A DNA stretch of 24,434 nucleotides from a phage. The stretch lies in assembly GCA_021031555.1 (NCBI GenBank), contig GCA_021031555.1_4954.1. The stretch is one strand, 5' to 3'. The position numbers and the translations under genes are program-made. A model generated the notes under the pieces. That model made no database searches and was not told where the DNA came from. It saw only the letters and a program-made list of their open reading frames with translations. Positions 17,060 to 24,434 of the stretch are shown one piece after another; positions within the stretch are counted from its first letter, which is position 1, and each line of letters starts with the position of its first letter.

Positions 17060-19054
17060 CTAAATAGCTTGCGCGGTAAGGATGATGCCAGATGAGTAAA
17101 GGGTCAGTCCCGTTATTTCACTAGCCAACAGCGCTTTGAACATGTTGCGGTCCTGCCCGAAAACAACGCCAGAGAAGAAAGTCCCAAGATTTCTGTATCC
17201 GCCAGCGGTTGGCATACGGATAAATAGGTAAGACGTACCCTCATACGTGCCGGTAAACCAAGCATCATAATCTGTGAGAGATTGGCTATCGCAGTGAGCA
17301 GCTCTGACTAATTTTGCTCGTGTATCAGTATCACTACCTACGGTATTGAAGTCATATACGCCAGCTATAGGGTTCATGCTTGGCCCACTCCGCAGAGTGA
17401 AAATCGTCCCAAGACAGCCACGCATTCCGTATTGCCCACCAACTATGCGGTAGTAAGGCCCAGCAGACTGGTCCGGGTTGGGTAACACCATATCGCGGCA
17501 CATAGTGGTGCTGAATGTCGGTATTGTCGCCGTTCCACCCATATTACCTAGCGTGGCGAAAGTCGCGGTTGCGGTGTCGTACGAGTTACGTTGAGGCCAC
17601 GACGTTTCAACCTTATTGCTGTACACGATTTCTAACTTAGCACCGTTAGTTAAACGGGCCATCGCTCCATTGAAAGTAGTGGTCGAATTGGTGATTAGTT
17701 GCTTAATGCTTACTTTCGCATAACCGGATAGGTCAAACATGTAGCTACCAGCAGCCTGCGTTTGGTCGTACAGGTGTATATTATCTATCTGTAAGTTAGC
17801 CCCGGTGCCTTTAATAATTGTGCCGTTGTTCTGGCGAGAAGGTTGCTCACAACCTAAAGATGAAACGCTGTACGAGCCTGCGTTAAAAATATACGGAGTC
17901 CCAGCGCAATCATCAGATGCTAACGGACCCACTTCGCAGTATGAGCCTGTCAACTCAAAGGAGCAGTAATTCGATTTATATACATTACATTGAGATAATA
18001 CGTAGCTCGTCCCACCATGTATATGAATACCACCGTATATACCCGTAGCGTCTGAACCTTGGACAACTATTTCGCGGATGGAAACACCAACGAATGTATT
18101 TCCGCCAAAATACATTCCCCATTTTTGCGCAAGGATAAATAGATCACTAAATTCCTGGTATACGGCGGTATTGGGAGTGTAGTACCCGTAGCTATCAGTT
18201 GTCTCGTCAAGGATGCGCAGTCCGCGGATAACATTACCGCGTTTACCTTTGTTATAGAAAACCGCGTTAACATCCTGAGTTCCTACTGCTGTTTTGCGAA
18301 TAATGGATGCACGTCCCTCGCCGACGAATCGGCTTCCCGGTGGCTGATAGTATTTCTCGTTGTAAACATCTTCCAAATCATAGAGAAGAATGGAGTCCGA
18401 TACCTCATATTCGCCAGCGGGCACAAATATAGTTTTTCCCAGTTGCGCGGATATAGTTGACGCGCGATTAAACGCAAGTGTCCAGTCAGGGTCGATGCTC
18501 TGGCGGAAATCAAGAACGGATATCATTTCCGCGTTTTTGTCATGCTGAGTGCGGCTTACCGTGTTGGCATATGGTTGTTTGACTCCAATGAGAGAATCAC
18601 CTTTCCCGCCATCCGTTGAAGCAAGACTGCTGGTTAACTGGTTTACTGCTGCCATTGCAGTGGCGTCACCAACACTAAGCCATGCACCTAAACCAATACC
18701 ACCAGAATTTTCAGGAGTTGAACCTGACGGGATAGTTTTAGGAAACTCGCCGTCCCAGCGATAATACTCACCAGTAGCTTCATGTCGCAAAACCTGATTT
18801 GGCAACGTCAGTGTCGCACCACCCTCAAAGCTATCCATTGTGATGTAACCGACCTGAGATATAGCCTGATTGTACAGGTTTTCTAAACCATCAAGTGTCT
18901 TGTTAGTAACTGATTGACCACGAATCGTATCGGTAACATCCAACGCGTGATTACCGTTTGCATCACGACTTTTTGCAACGTGTTCAATATGTAAAATCGC
19001 TTGTTTGCCTGTTTTCAAATCATCAGCACTGATATAATCGTTACAGTTAGCCAT
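17060..19054 (-). CDS. tailspike / receptor-binding depolymerase (right-handed beta-helix type)
   Basis: 664 aa from ATG 19054 (GGAGA 8 nt upstream). Central region has repetitive Gly/Asn/Thr-rich beta-strand character typical of pectate-lyase-like tailspikes, behind a ~130-aa N-terminal domain. Opposite strand to the tail operon. Confidence 0.75.
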   Translation of the reverse strand: MANCNDYISADDLKTGKQAILHIEHVAKSRDANGNHALDVTDTIRGQSVTNKTLDGLENLYNQAISQVGYITMDSFEGGATLTLPNQVLRHEATGEYYRWDGEFPKTIPSGSTPENSGGIGLGAWLSVGDATAMAAVNQLTSSLASTDGGKGDSLIGVKQPYANTVSRTQHDKNAEMISVLDFRQSIDPDWTLAFNRASTISAQLGKTIFVPAGEYEVSDSILLYDLEDVYNEKYYQPPGSRFVGEGRASIIRKTAVGTQDVNAVFYNKGKRGNVIRGLRILDETTDSYGYYTPNTAVYQEFSDLFILAQKWGMYFGGNTFVGVSIREIVVQGSDATGIYGGIHIHGGTSYVLSQCNVYKSNYCSFELTGSYCEVGPLASDDCAGTPYIFNAGSYSVSSLGCEQPSRQNNGTIIKGTGANLQIDNIHLYDQTQAAGSYMFDLSGYAKVSIKQLITNSTTTFNGAMARLTNGAKLEIVYSNKVETSWPQRNSYDTATATFATLGNMGGTATIPTFSTTMCRDMVLPNPDQSAGPYYRIVGGQYGMRGCLGTIFTLRSGPSMNPIAGVYDFNTVGSDTDTRAKLVRAAHCDSQSLTDYDAWFTGTYEGTSYLFIRMPTAGGYRNLGTFFSGVVFGQDRNMFKALLASEITGLTLYSSGIILTAQAI

Positions 19055-19080
19055 CTTTAAGTCTCCAGGAGTGTAGAACA

Positions 19081-19404
19081 ATGTCTGATAACCCAGTGTT
19101 AAGGTATTGGCCTATAATAGCATTTGTTGCCACGGGGTTGGTAGGTTACGGGGTAACTCAAAACCAAATCAATTCTAATGAAAAAGATATTGCAGATGCA
19201 AAAACCTATGCGCATGAAGCGATTAATCTGGCAAAACGTGTTGAATCCCGTGTGGATGTTCACGACATCAAAATTGAATATCAGGCAACACAGAATGCTG
19301 AAATTCTCACCAGTGTTAAAGAGCTAACACAGTCAACAAATGACCTGAAAGTTGTTATTGAAGGTTTGAAAGCGGAACAACGTAAAACCGGGAGTAAACA
19401 ATGA
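19081..19404 (+). CDS. lysis-associated membrane protein (putative holin or antiholin)
   Basis: 107 aa; one N-terminal transmembrane segment (PIIAFVATGLVGYGV) followed by a coiled-coil region; AGGAG RBS; ATGA overlap with the endolysin start. Confidence 0.55.
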   Translation: MSDNPVLRYWPIIAFVATGLVGYGVTQNQINSNEKDIADAKTYAHEAINLAKRVESRVDVHDIKIEYQATQNAEILTSVKELTQSTNDLKVVIEGLKAEQRKTGSKQ

Positions 19405-19790
19405 GTAACTTTAAATTCAGTCAGAGAAGTGAAAATAATCTGAAAGGGGTTAACCCGGATCTTGTGAAAATCGTGCGTCGGGCACTTCAGTTATCACCCG
19501 TTGATTTCGGTATCACAGAAGGTCTTCGAACTATTGAACGACAACGACAACTGGTTGCTGCAGGTAAAAGTCAGACAATGAACAGTCGTCATATTTCGGG
19601 TCACGCCGTGGATGTATTTGCTTATCCTACATCTGCCGGGTCGTGGGAATGGAAATACTACGAACAGATAGCCACTGCTTTTAAACAGGCTGCTAAAGAA
19701 CTGAATATCCCTGTTGAATGGGGCGGTGACTGGAAAACCCTGAAAGATGGTCCACACTTCCAGTTACCACATGCGAAATATCCCGCGTGA
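19401..19790 (+). CDS. endolysin, peptidase M15 family (L-alanyl-D-glutamate endopeptidase type)
   Basis: 129 aa; Zn-ligand motifs H-x-x-G-H-A-V-D and DGPHFQL; recalled similarity to the phage T5 endolysin. Confidence 0.85.
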   Translation: MSNFKFSQRSENNLKGVNPDLVKIVRRALQLSPVDFGITEGLRTIERQRQLVAAGKSQTMNSRHISGHAVDVFAYPTSAGSWEWKYYEQIATAFKQAAKELNIPVEWGGDWKTLKDGPHFQLPHAKYPA

Positions 19791-19800
19791 GATAACAATC

Positions 19801-20031
19801 ATGGATAAATTCAGCATATTACGTAACACAACCGGGGGGATCTCTTTAAGCCGCGCACAAGCGGCTTTAGGCTTCCTCGTGGTAACAGGCATTCTGATTT
19901 ATCAGGCCGTGGACCGCACACTTGATGATACAGTGCTGTTAACCTATTTCGGTTTCTGTATAGGTCAGTATGTTGGTGCTAAAAAAATCGCTGTAGATAA
20001 ACAACGAGGTACACCAAATGATAACCCGTAG
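19801..20031 (+). CDS. putative holin (two predicted transmembrane segments)
   Basis: 76 aa from ATG 19801; hydrophobic segments ALGFLVVTGILIY and VLLTYFGFCIGQYVGA; between endolysin and spanins. Confidence 0.55.
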   Translation: MDKFSILRNTTGGISLSRAQAALGFLVVTGILIYQAVDRTLDDTVLLTYFGFCIGQYVGAKKIAVDKQRGTPNDNP

Positions 20032-20416
20032 TGTGTTAATCACCGTTGTTGCAACTGTTCTAGTATTAGGCACTGGTGCGTATACGTGTTACCACGCGGG
20101 ATATAAAGCACGGGTAAATGAAGAACGTCAGGAACGTTTAGACGATGCACAACGGGAACAACAACGGTTAAAGGCACAACAGGAACTGGCAGATGATGTA
20201 CTTCGTGGTTTAGCTGACTGGTCGCAGAATACTAAAATCGTGGAAATACGACATGAAAAGACTAATACTGTTTTTCGTAACGAGTGTCTTACTTCTGAAT
20301 ATCAACGCTTGTACAACGAACGAGTTACCGAAGCAGAAGCCCGTTTATCAGGCCGCATTAGTTCAGAAGTGTCAGACCGAAAACCTTCCACGGCTGAACG
20401 GTCTGACAGGAAGTGA
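20018..20416 (+). CDS. i-spanin (Rz-like)
   Basis: 132 aa; N-terminal transmembrane segment then a charged coiled-coil periplasmic domain; start overlaps the holin end. Confidence 0.7.
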   Translation: MITRSVLITVVATVLVLGTGAYTCYHAGYKARVNEERQERLDDAQREQQRLKAQQELADDVLRGLADWSQNTKIVEIRHEKTNTVFRNECLTSEYQRLYNERVTEAEARLSGRISSEVSDRKPSTAERSDRK

Positions 20417-20501
20417 TTCAACAGATGTTAATGACCAGTGGTTAGATATTTATTTCAAATGTGCAACTATTCACAACGCATTAGTAGACAGTCTTCAGTA
20501 A
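20253..20501 (+). CDS. o-spanin (Rz1-like outer membrane lipoprotein)
   Basis: 82 aa in the +1 frame, starting inside the i-spanin and extending 85 nt past its stop. Signal peptide with a lipobox-like LNINA|C; Pro- and Cys-containing mature part. Confidence 0.7.
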   Translation: MKRLILFFVTSVLLLNINACTTNELPKQKPVYQAALVQKCQTENLPRLNGLTGSDSTDVNDQWLDIYFKCATIHNALVDSLQ

Positions 20502-20714
20502 ATCTTCAACCGACACCTCAATCCACGATGCGGGAACCGGATATTCAGTCCGGTACATGAACAAGGATGTTCCTATCAACCCGTGTGGATCTGTTTTAAT
20601 CCCTCGCATGTTCAACAATGGAAAAAACTGTTCGCGTGTTTGTGGCAATCTTGCAAAGCGTCCTGTCGGGCGTTTAGCAGGATCCATAGGGTTGAATTCA
20701 ACGATTGTGGACAT
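20481..20714 (-). CDS. hypothetical protein
   Basis: 77 aa; ATG 20714 with GGAG 9 nt upstream; overlaps the Dam-like gene 3' end and the o-spanin 3' end. Confidence 0.4.
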   Translation of the reverse strand: MSTIVEFNPMDPAKRPTGRFARLPQTREQFFPLLNMRGIKTDPHGLIGTSLFMYRTEYPVPASWIEVSVEDLLKTVY

Positions 20715-21219
20715 AACAATAACTCCTGTACGCTTGTCGTTTTATTTTCTGATAGTCAGAAACTTTTACAGATCTCGTTTTACATTCACCGATGTGAAGT
20801 GGGTCGAAAACAAACATCACCTGTGAACGGTCATTTCCTCCTGCTGGTAACCCGGTGTCAGGATCTACAAACGCTATACGACCTTTAAACATCCATAGTT
20901 CTGAACAATGTGTCAGTGCTTTGTGAAACCAGTCTGCAGACGTCATAGCGTTCACGAGTAATAACGAACCAGTTCCCTGATAAACAGTGGTTATTATTTT
21001 ATTAACCCAGGGAGACGGATCGCTGTACGGTGGGTTACACCAGATGAACCCACCACCATTACTTTGAACAATCGAATGCCAGTCTTTATTCAGACTATCA
21101 GTGATAAACAACGAACATTTAGCGTTAGAACCATCGGTACACACATCAAGAACAAGTGGGAATTCACGAGAAACATTATCAATAAAATCCCACGGTGTTT
21201 CCCAGTTGTCTTTAGCCAT
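20698..21219 (-). CDS. DNA N6-adenine methyltransferase (phage Dam-like)
   Basis: Start taken at ATG 21219 (MAKDNWETPWDF...). Has the WETPxxxF N-terminus, LDVCTDG and a CNPPYS (NPPY) catalytic motif. Confidence 0.8.
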   Translation of the reverse strand: MAKDNWETPWDFIDNVSREFPLVLDVCTDGSNAKCSLFITDSLNKDWHSIVQSNGGGFIWCNPPYSDPSPWVNKIITTVYQGTGSLLLVNAMTSADWFHKALTHCSELWMFKGRIAFVDPDTGLPAGGNDRSQVMFVFDPLHIGECKTRSVKVSDYQKIKRQAYRSYCYVHNR

Positions 21220-21565
21220 GTTCCGGTACGCTCTCCACGCTGTAATACACAGGAATACCCAGACGTTCAGCTTCTGCAATTTCTGCTAGCGTACCAGATG
21301 AACGACGATAATCAGGAAGCACCAGAACAGCGTCACAGCGGCGCATAACTTCTAATGTGCCTGACAGGTAGTATTCAGGTTGTATATTGCGTAAACCGCC
21401 GTCAAAGTCCCACAATTCGGTGTTCTTGTGAGGGATAACCGGGAACCACCCAGGACGTTGTAAAGCAAGTCTTTTACCTGCCTGTTCAGCGCGCGACACG
21501 TTACGGGATGTTTTAAGCGCACAATCAGCACGATAAGGCCCAGCAATGTAACAGAGTTTAATCAT
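21212..21565 (-). CDS. nucleoside 2-deoxyribosyltransferase-like / DUF4406-like protein
   Basis: 117 aa from ATG 21565 (MIKLCYIAGPYR...DAVLVLPDYRRSSGTLAEIAEAERLGIPVYY). Pattern recalled from this small Rossmann-like family; not searched. Confidence 0.45.
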   Translation of the reverse strand: MIKLCYIAGPYRADCALKTSRNVSRAEQAGKRLALQRPGWFPVIPHKNTELWDFDGGLRNIQPEYYLSGTLEVMRRCDAVLVLPDYRRSSGTLAEIAEAERLGIPVYYSVESVPEHG

Positions 21566-21789
21566 GGTTGTTTTCCTGCATCTGTATAATGAGCTATGAT
21601 TTCTTCCAAACAATTTATTGTGAAGAGAAATTTTAAACCAACCCGACATTCCCAAATATGTTCTCTCAAATCTCTTGGGTCGGTGTACCCTCCGACAATA
21701 ATAAAATTTTTAATCTTTTGTTTATATTTATCGGGAACGAAGTTGAAAAAGTCACGTTTAGTCTTAATTTCCAGACTGAATCTACTCAT
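21562..21789 (-). CDS. hypothetical protein
   Basis: 75 aa; translationally coupled to both flanking genes. Confidence 0.5.
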   Translation of the reverse strand: MSRFSLEIKTKRDFFNFVPDKYKQKIKNFIIVGGYTDPRDLREHIWECRVGLKFLFTINCLEEIIAHYTDAGKQP

Positions 21790-22318
21790 GACGATTCATC
21801 CCTTCTAACATGTCCCAGATAAGTGCAACACGACGCGGATCCGTGCTGATAGTGTGTAAAGTTTCACATCCGTAATGCCACCCCCAACGAACGGATAGTT
21901 CTGACAACAGATAGCCACGAGAATTAGCCAGTTCAGCCAGTTCACCGGGTTTAAATGTTGTTGTATTAGGTTCTGTAAGAACACGAGTACCACAGATAGC
22001 GTCACTGATGCGCCACGGTTTCATCAGATCATCAACCTTATACCAGTTACTGATACTGATTTCAGACGTTCCCCAGCGTGCAGCCAGTTTAAGACGTTCC
22101 TGACGGGCCGGGAACATTGGCATCTGTGGTAAACGCAGTTGGATCTGTTCTGCAGGTTCGAACATGTCGTCGTCTGTTAAACGAAATTCACCACGGTCAT
22201 CAATATAAAAACCACGGGAACGACCATCACGGGTGAACCCGTCAACACGGTTGTAAATTTTACCGGGAGTAAAGACACCAATCGGTGAACCAGCTACAAA
22301 TTTGTGTGAAGTATGCAT
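21782..22318 (-). CDS. hypothetical protein
   Basis: 178 aa; immediately downstream of the polymerase gene on the same strand. Confidence 0.6.
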   Translation of the reverse strand: MHTSHKFVAGSPIGVFTPGKIYNRVDGFTRDGRSRGFYIDDRGEFRLTDDDMFEPAEQIQLRLPQMPMFPARQERLKLAARWGTSEISISNWYKVDDLMKPWRISDAICGTRVLTEPNTTTFKPGELAELANSRGYLLSELSVRWGWHYGCETLHTISTDPRRVALIWDMLEGMNRHE

Positions 22319-22357
22319 TGTTATCGCCTCAATAAGTTTTAAATAATTCTATACGGT

Positions 22358-24214
22358 TTACCGAAGTGGTGCAACGAGTTTTTCAGCTTCTTTGATGTAA
22401 AAATCATAATTTAGCGTTGCCCGGTTAAAACGTTTCATGTCGTTGCACTCAGTGGTCAACCAACCTTTACACACTGACATGCGTCGTTCAGGCGCGTCAG
22501 GGTTCAGTTTCAGTGATTTTGCCAGCGGTGGCATGACTTTTGTCAACGGTGCACCATCTGTACTGACGTAATAACGGGTAATGTTCTGAACCTGTTTGTC
22601 ACCCCATAGTAATTTGCTGTTACGCGGTACTTTCGTCACCAACATAAAATCGTGAATGTCTTCGTGTGATGTTATAAAATCACGAATGTCTTTATTGTGT
22701 ACCAGTGCTGCTTCAGCCGCTTTTGCGACAACCTGCATACTGTGGTTTTGATGCCAACCCAGATCAACACTGTGGCAATAAGCACCTTTACGTTTAACTT
22801 TCTTACCACCTTCATAAACAGCGATGTAGTTATTTACATCGCGGATAAACATCACGTCATAAATCGCTTCTTCAAGCTGGAGTCTGGTTAATTTTTCCCA
22901 CGCGTGACGAACCTGTTCCACTTGTCCGGTAAATACTCGTGGTACGTAAACCGTAAGACCATCTGTGTTAGCCTGGATCATGGATAAACCAGGGATTTTC
23001 AGAAGTTCTTCCGCCAACATGCACAAAAGCAATTGTCCGTTAATCGTAATAGCCATTGTGTATGCGGGATCGTAAAACGGGCTGTATACGTTATTACTGT
23101 CACCGTATACACCGTTTAACGCCAGTTTTAACATTGCGTTTTCTGGTGTACCTTTCGGGTAACTGGAACGCATGTCGTAAACATTTTTATAAATGGTGCA
23201 AAATTGTTTTCCCAAATGTGCAGGGTAAAGTTCATTACTAATTGCAAGGTTTGGATAAAAACTGGCAACATCCAGATCGATGATTACATAATTTTCAGTG
23301 GACCTTATAGTTTGAGATTCAATAGACCCGTGGATACCACCCGTACCAAAATCAAACGAGAACCCGTTAATGTCTGCGCTTAAATCAGTAAACACACCTT
23401 TTGTTTCAGTGATGACTTGTTGGCGTAACCAGTTAAGAACACGATTAAATTCAGGCTGTTCAAAATGAACATAAGGGAAAATCACGCTGTTTAATGCGAT
23501 TGATGGTCTGTGCGTCTGCCGTGGTTTTCTGCTACCCGGTTCGAAACATTGAATACCTGATTTTTCAAGTTCCATAATGAAATAGTCTTTACCGATTTTC
23601 GTGTCATTATGATTCATGAAATTACGACCGTATTTAGCAGAAAGTTCACGACGAAAATCTATCAGCTTTTTACTGTGTTTATAAAACATCAAAGTCGCTT
23701 TCAAATCGTGTATCAGGTATTGACGAAGCGTATCAATTTGAGAATCGGTTAAATAAGTCCCTGGTGTAAACGGGAGGTCTTCAATGTTTTCCATTCTCAT
23801 ATTGAATTCAAGTGTTTTCAGACTTGTTCGTTTTGCCTGATTGTCGAAATGATGAATTTTATACAAATCAAGCTGGGGAACTATCCAGTCTTTTTCCCAC
23901 ACCATATGAGCAAAACGATTTTCATCACCAGCGTTAATTATCGAATCACCTTTTTTATAAATGTCTGCGTTGGTGATGTACATGATGTTGTTCAAAATAG
24001 AATGCTGAACAGGATAGTCGTAACCCAGATTGTTATAACCAACTTCTTCAGCGCGATGTTCACGCAAATATTCTGTGAACAGGTAAAAAGCCTGACGATC
24101 ATCGCGACGATGTGAAATCTCAAAAATATAAGGTGTTTCAGTTAACGCGTGAATAGCACCGAACAGAAAAACATTAGGATAGTTTTCAATATCATGAACG
24201 TAAGCATCTGACAT
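22358..24214 (-). CDS. family B DNA polymerase with 3'-5' exonuclease domain (compact)
   Basis: 618 aa. Exo I (HDIEN), Exo II (YNNLGYDY) and Exo III (YLIHD) motifs. Polymerase motif A (DLDVASFYPN), motif B (KLALNGVYG) and motif C (ANTDG). AGGA RBS. Confidence 0.75.
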   Translation of the reverse strand: MSDAYVHDIENYPNVFLFGAIHALTETPYIFEISHRRDDRQAFYLFTEYLREHRAEEVGYNNLGYDYPVQHSILNNIMYITNADIYKKGDSIINAGDENRFAHMVWEKDWIVPQLDLYKIHHFDNQAKRTSLKTLEFNMRMENIEDLPFTPGTYLTDSQIDTLRQYLIHDLKATLMFYKHSKKLIDFRRELSAKYGRNFMNHNDTKIGKDYFIMELEKSGIQCFEPGSRKPRQTHRPSIALNSVIFPYVHFEQPEFNRVLNWLRQQVITETKGVFTDLSADINGFSFDFGTGGIHGSIESQTIRSTENYVIIDLDVASFYPNLAISNELYPAHLGKQFCTIYKNVYDMRSSYPKGTPENAMLKLALNGVYGDSNNVYSPFYDPAYTMAITINGQLLLCMLAEELLKIPGLSMIQANTDGLTVYVPRVFTGQVEQVRHAWEKLTRLQLEEAIYDVMFIRDVNNYIAVYEGGKKVKRKGAYCHSVDLGWHQNHSMQVVAKAAEAALVHNKDIRDFITSHEDIHDFMLVTKVPRNSKLLWGDKQVQNITRYYVSTDGAPLTKVMPPLAKSLKLNPDAPERRMSVCKGWLTTECNDMKRFNRATLNYDFYIKEAEKLVAPLR

Positions 24215-24293
24215 AATAAAATCCTGATAAGTAAATGGGGCACTATGGCCCCATGTCTGTTTAAAGCGGTATGTCGTCCCAGTTCCAGTAACT

Positions 24294-24429
24294 ATCAGTA
24301 ACCGTTACCATTGAGAAAATTCGGGGCCGGGGTGGTCATTACCATATAACCGTTAGCGATCAGTTGTTCATCGTTCCAACCTTGCGCAATAAACTGTTCG
24401 TAAGTTGCACCACCTGCTTTTTCAGTCAT
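24294..24429 (-). CDS. small ORF or 3' end of a gene continuing beyond the window edge
   Basis: Frame open to the window edge; an ATG at 24429 would give 44 aa; followed by a palindromic hairpin at 24235-24254. Confidence 0.2.
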
Positions 24430-24434
24430 TACTT

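Noticed and set aside
20536-20554. Hairpin ACCGGA tattcag TCCGGT in the convergent overlap between the lysis and early modules, as a possible terminator
   Set aside because: No T-tract on either strand and it lies within the 77-aa - strand ORF. At most an RNA processing or stability element.
24235-24254. Palindromic hairpin ATGGGGC actatg GCCCCAT upstream of the polymerase gene, as a possible terminator or attenuator
   Set aside because: Only a short interrupted U-rich run follows on the - strand, and the window ends before the context can be judged.
1-24434. Integrase, attachment site or transposase indicating an integrated or mobile element boundary
   Set aside because: No recombinase-like ORF or tRNA-adjacent direct repeat is visible in this window. 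The lifestyle cannot be decided from this fragment.

Overview
This window reads as a contiguous stretch of a tailed dsDNA phage or prophage with siphovirus-type organisation; all calls are from reading the sequence and ORF track by eye, with no database search run. On the + strand lies a late structural operon: a repeat-containing ORF, scaffold-like, decoration-like and major capsid genes, four small head-tail joining ORFs, a large major tail protein, a tail assembly chaperone pair with a -1 frameshift, a 1069-aa tape measure protein, three minor tail proteins and an 847-aa tip protein. It is followed by a 5'-truncated ssb remnant, an oppositely oriented beta-helix tailspike, a + strand lysis cassette (M15 endolysin, holin-like, overlapping spanins) and a - strand early block (Dam-like methyltransferase, small unknowns, compact family B DNA polymerase). 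The most striking unexplained feature is a ~700-bp non-coding, structured region between the capsid and head-completion genes (about 4054-4763). It is bracketed by a sigma70-like promoter and an intrinsic terminator and contains a complete type I hammerhead ribozyme core at 4257-4302, plus a hairpin carrying a 13-nt perfect complement to the 16S rRNA 3' end. Other accessory candidates are a divergently transcribed two-gene cassette inside the tail module (7943-8565), the ssb remnant abutting the receptor-binding module, and an in-frame 21-bp tandem repeat in the first ORF.
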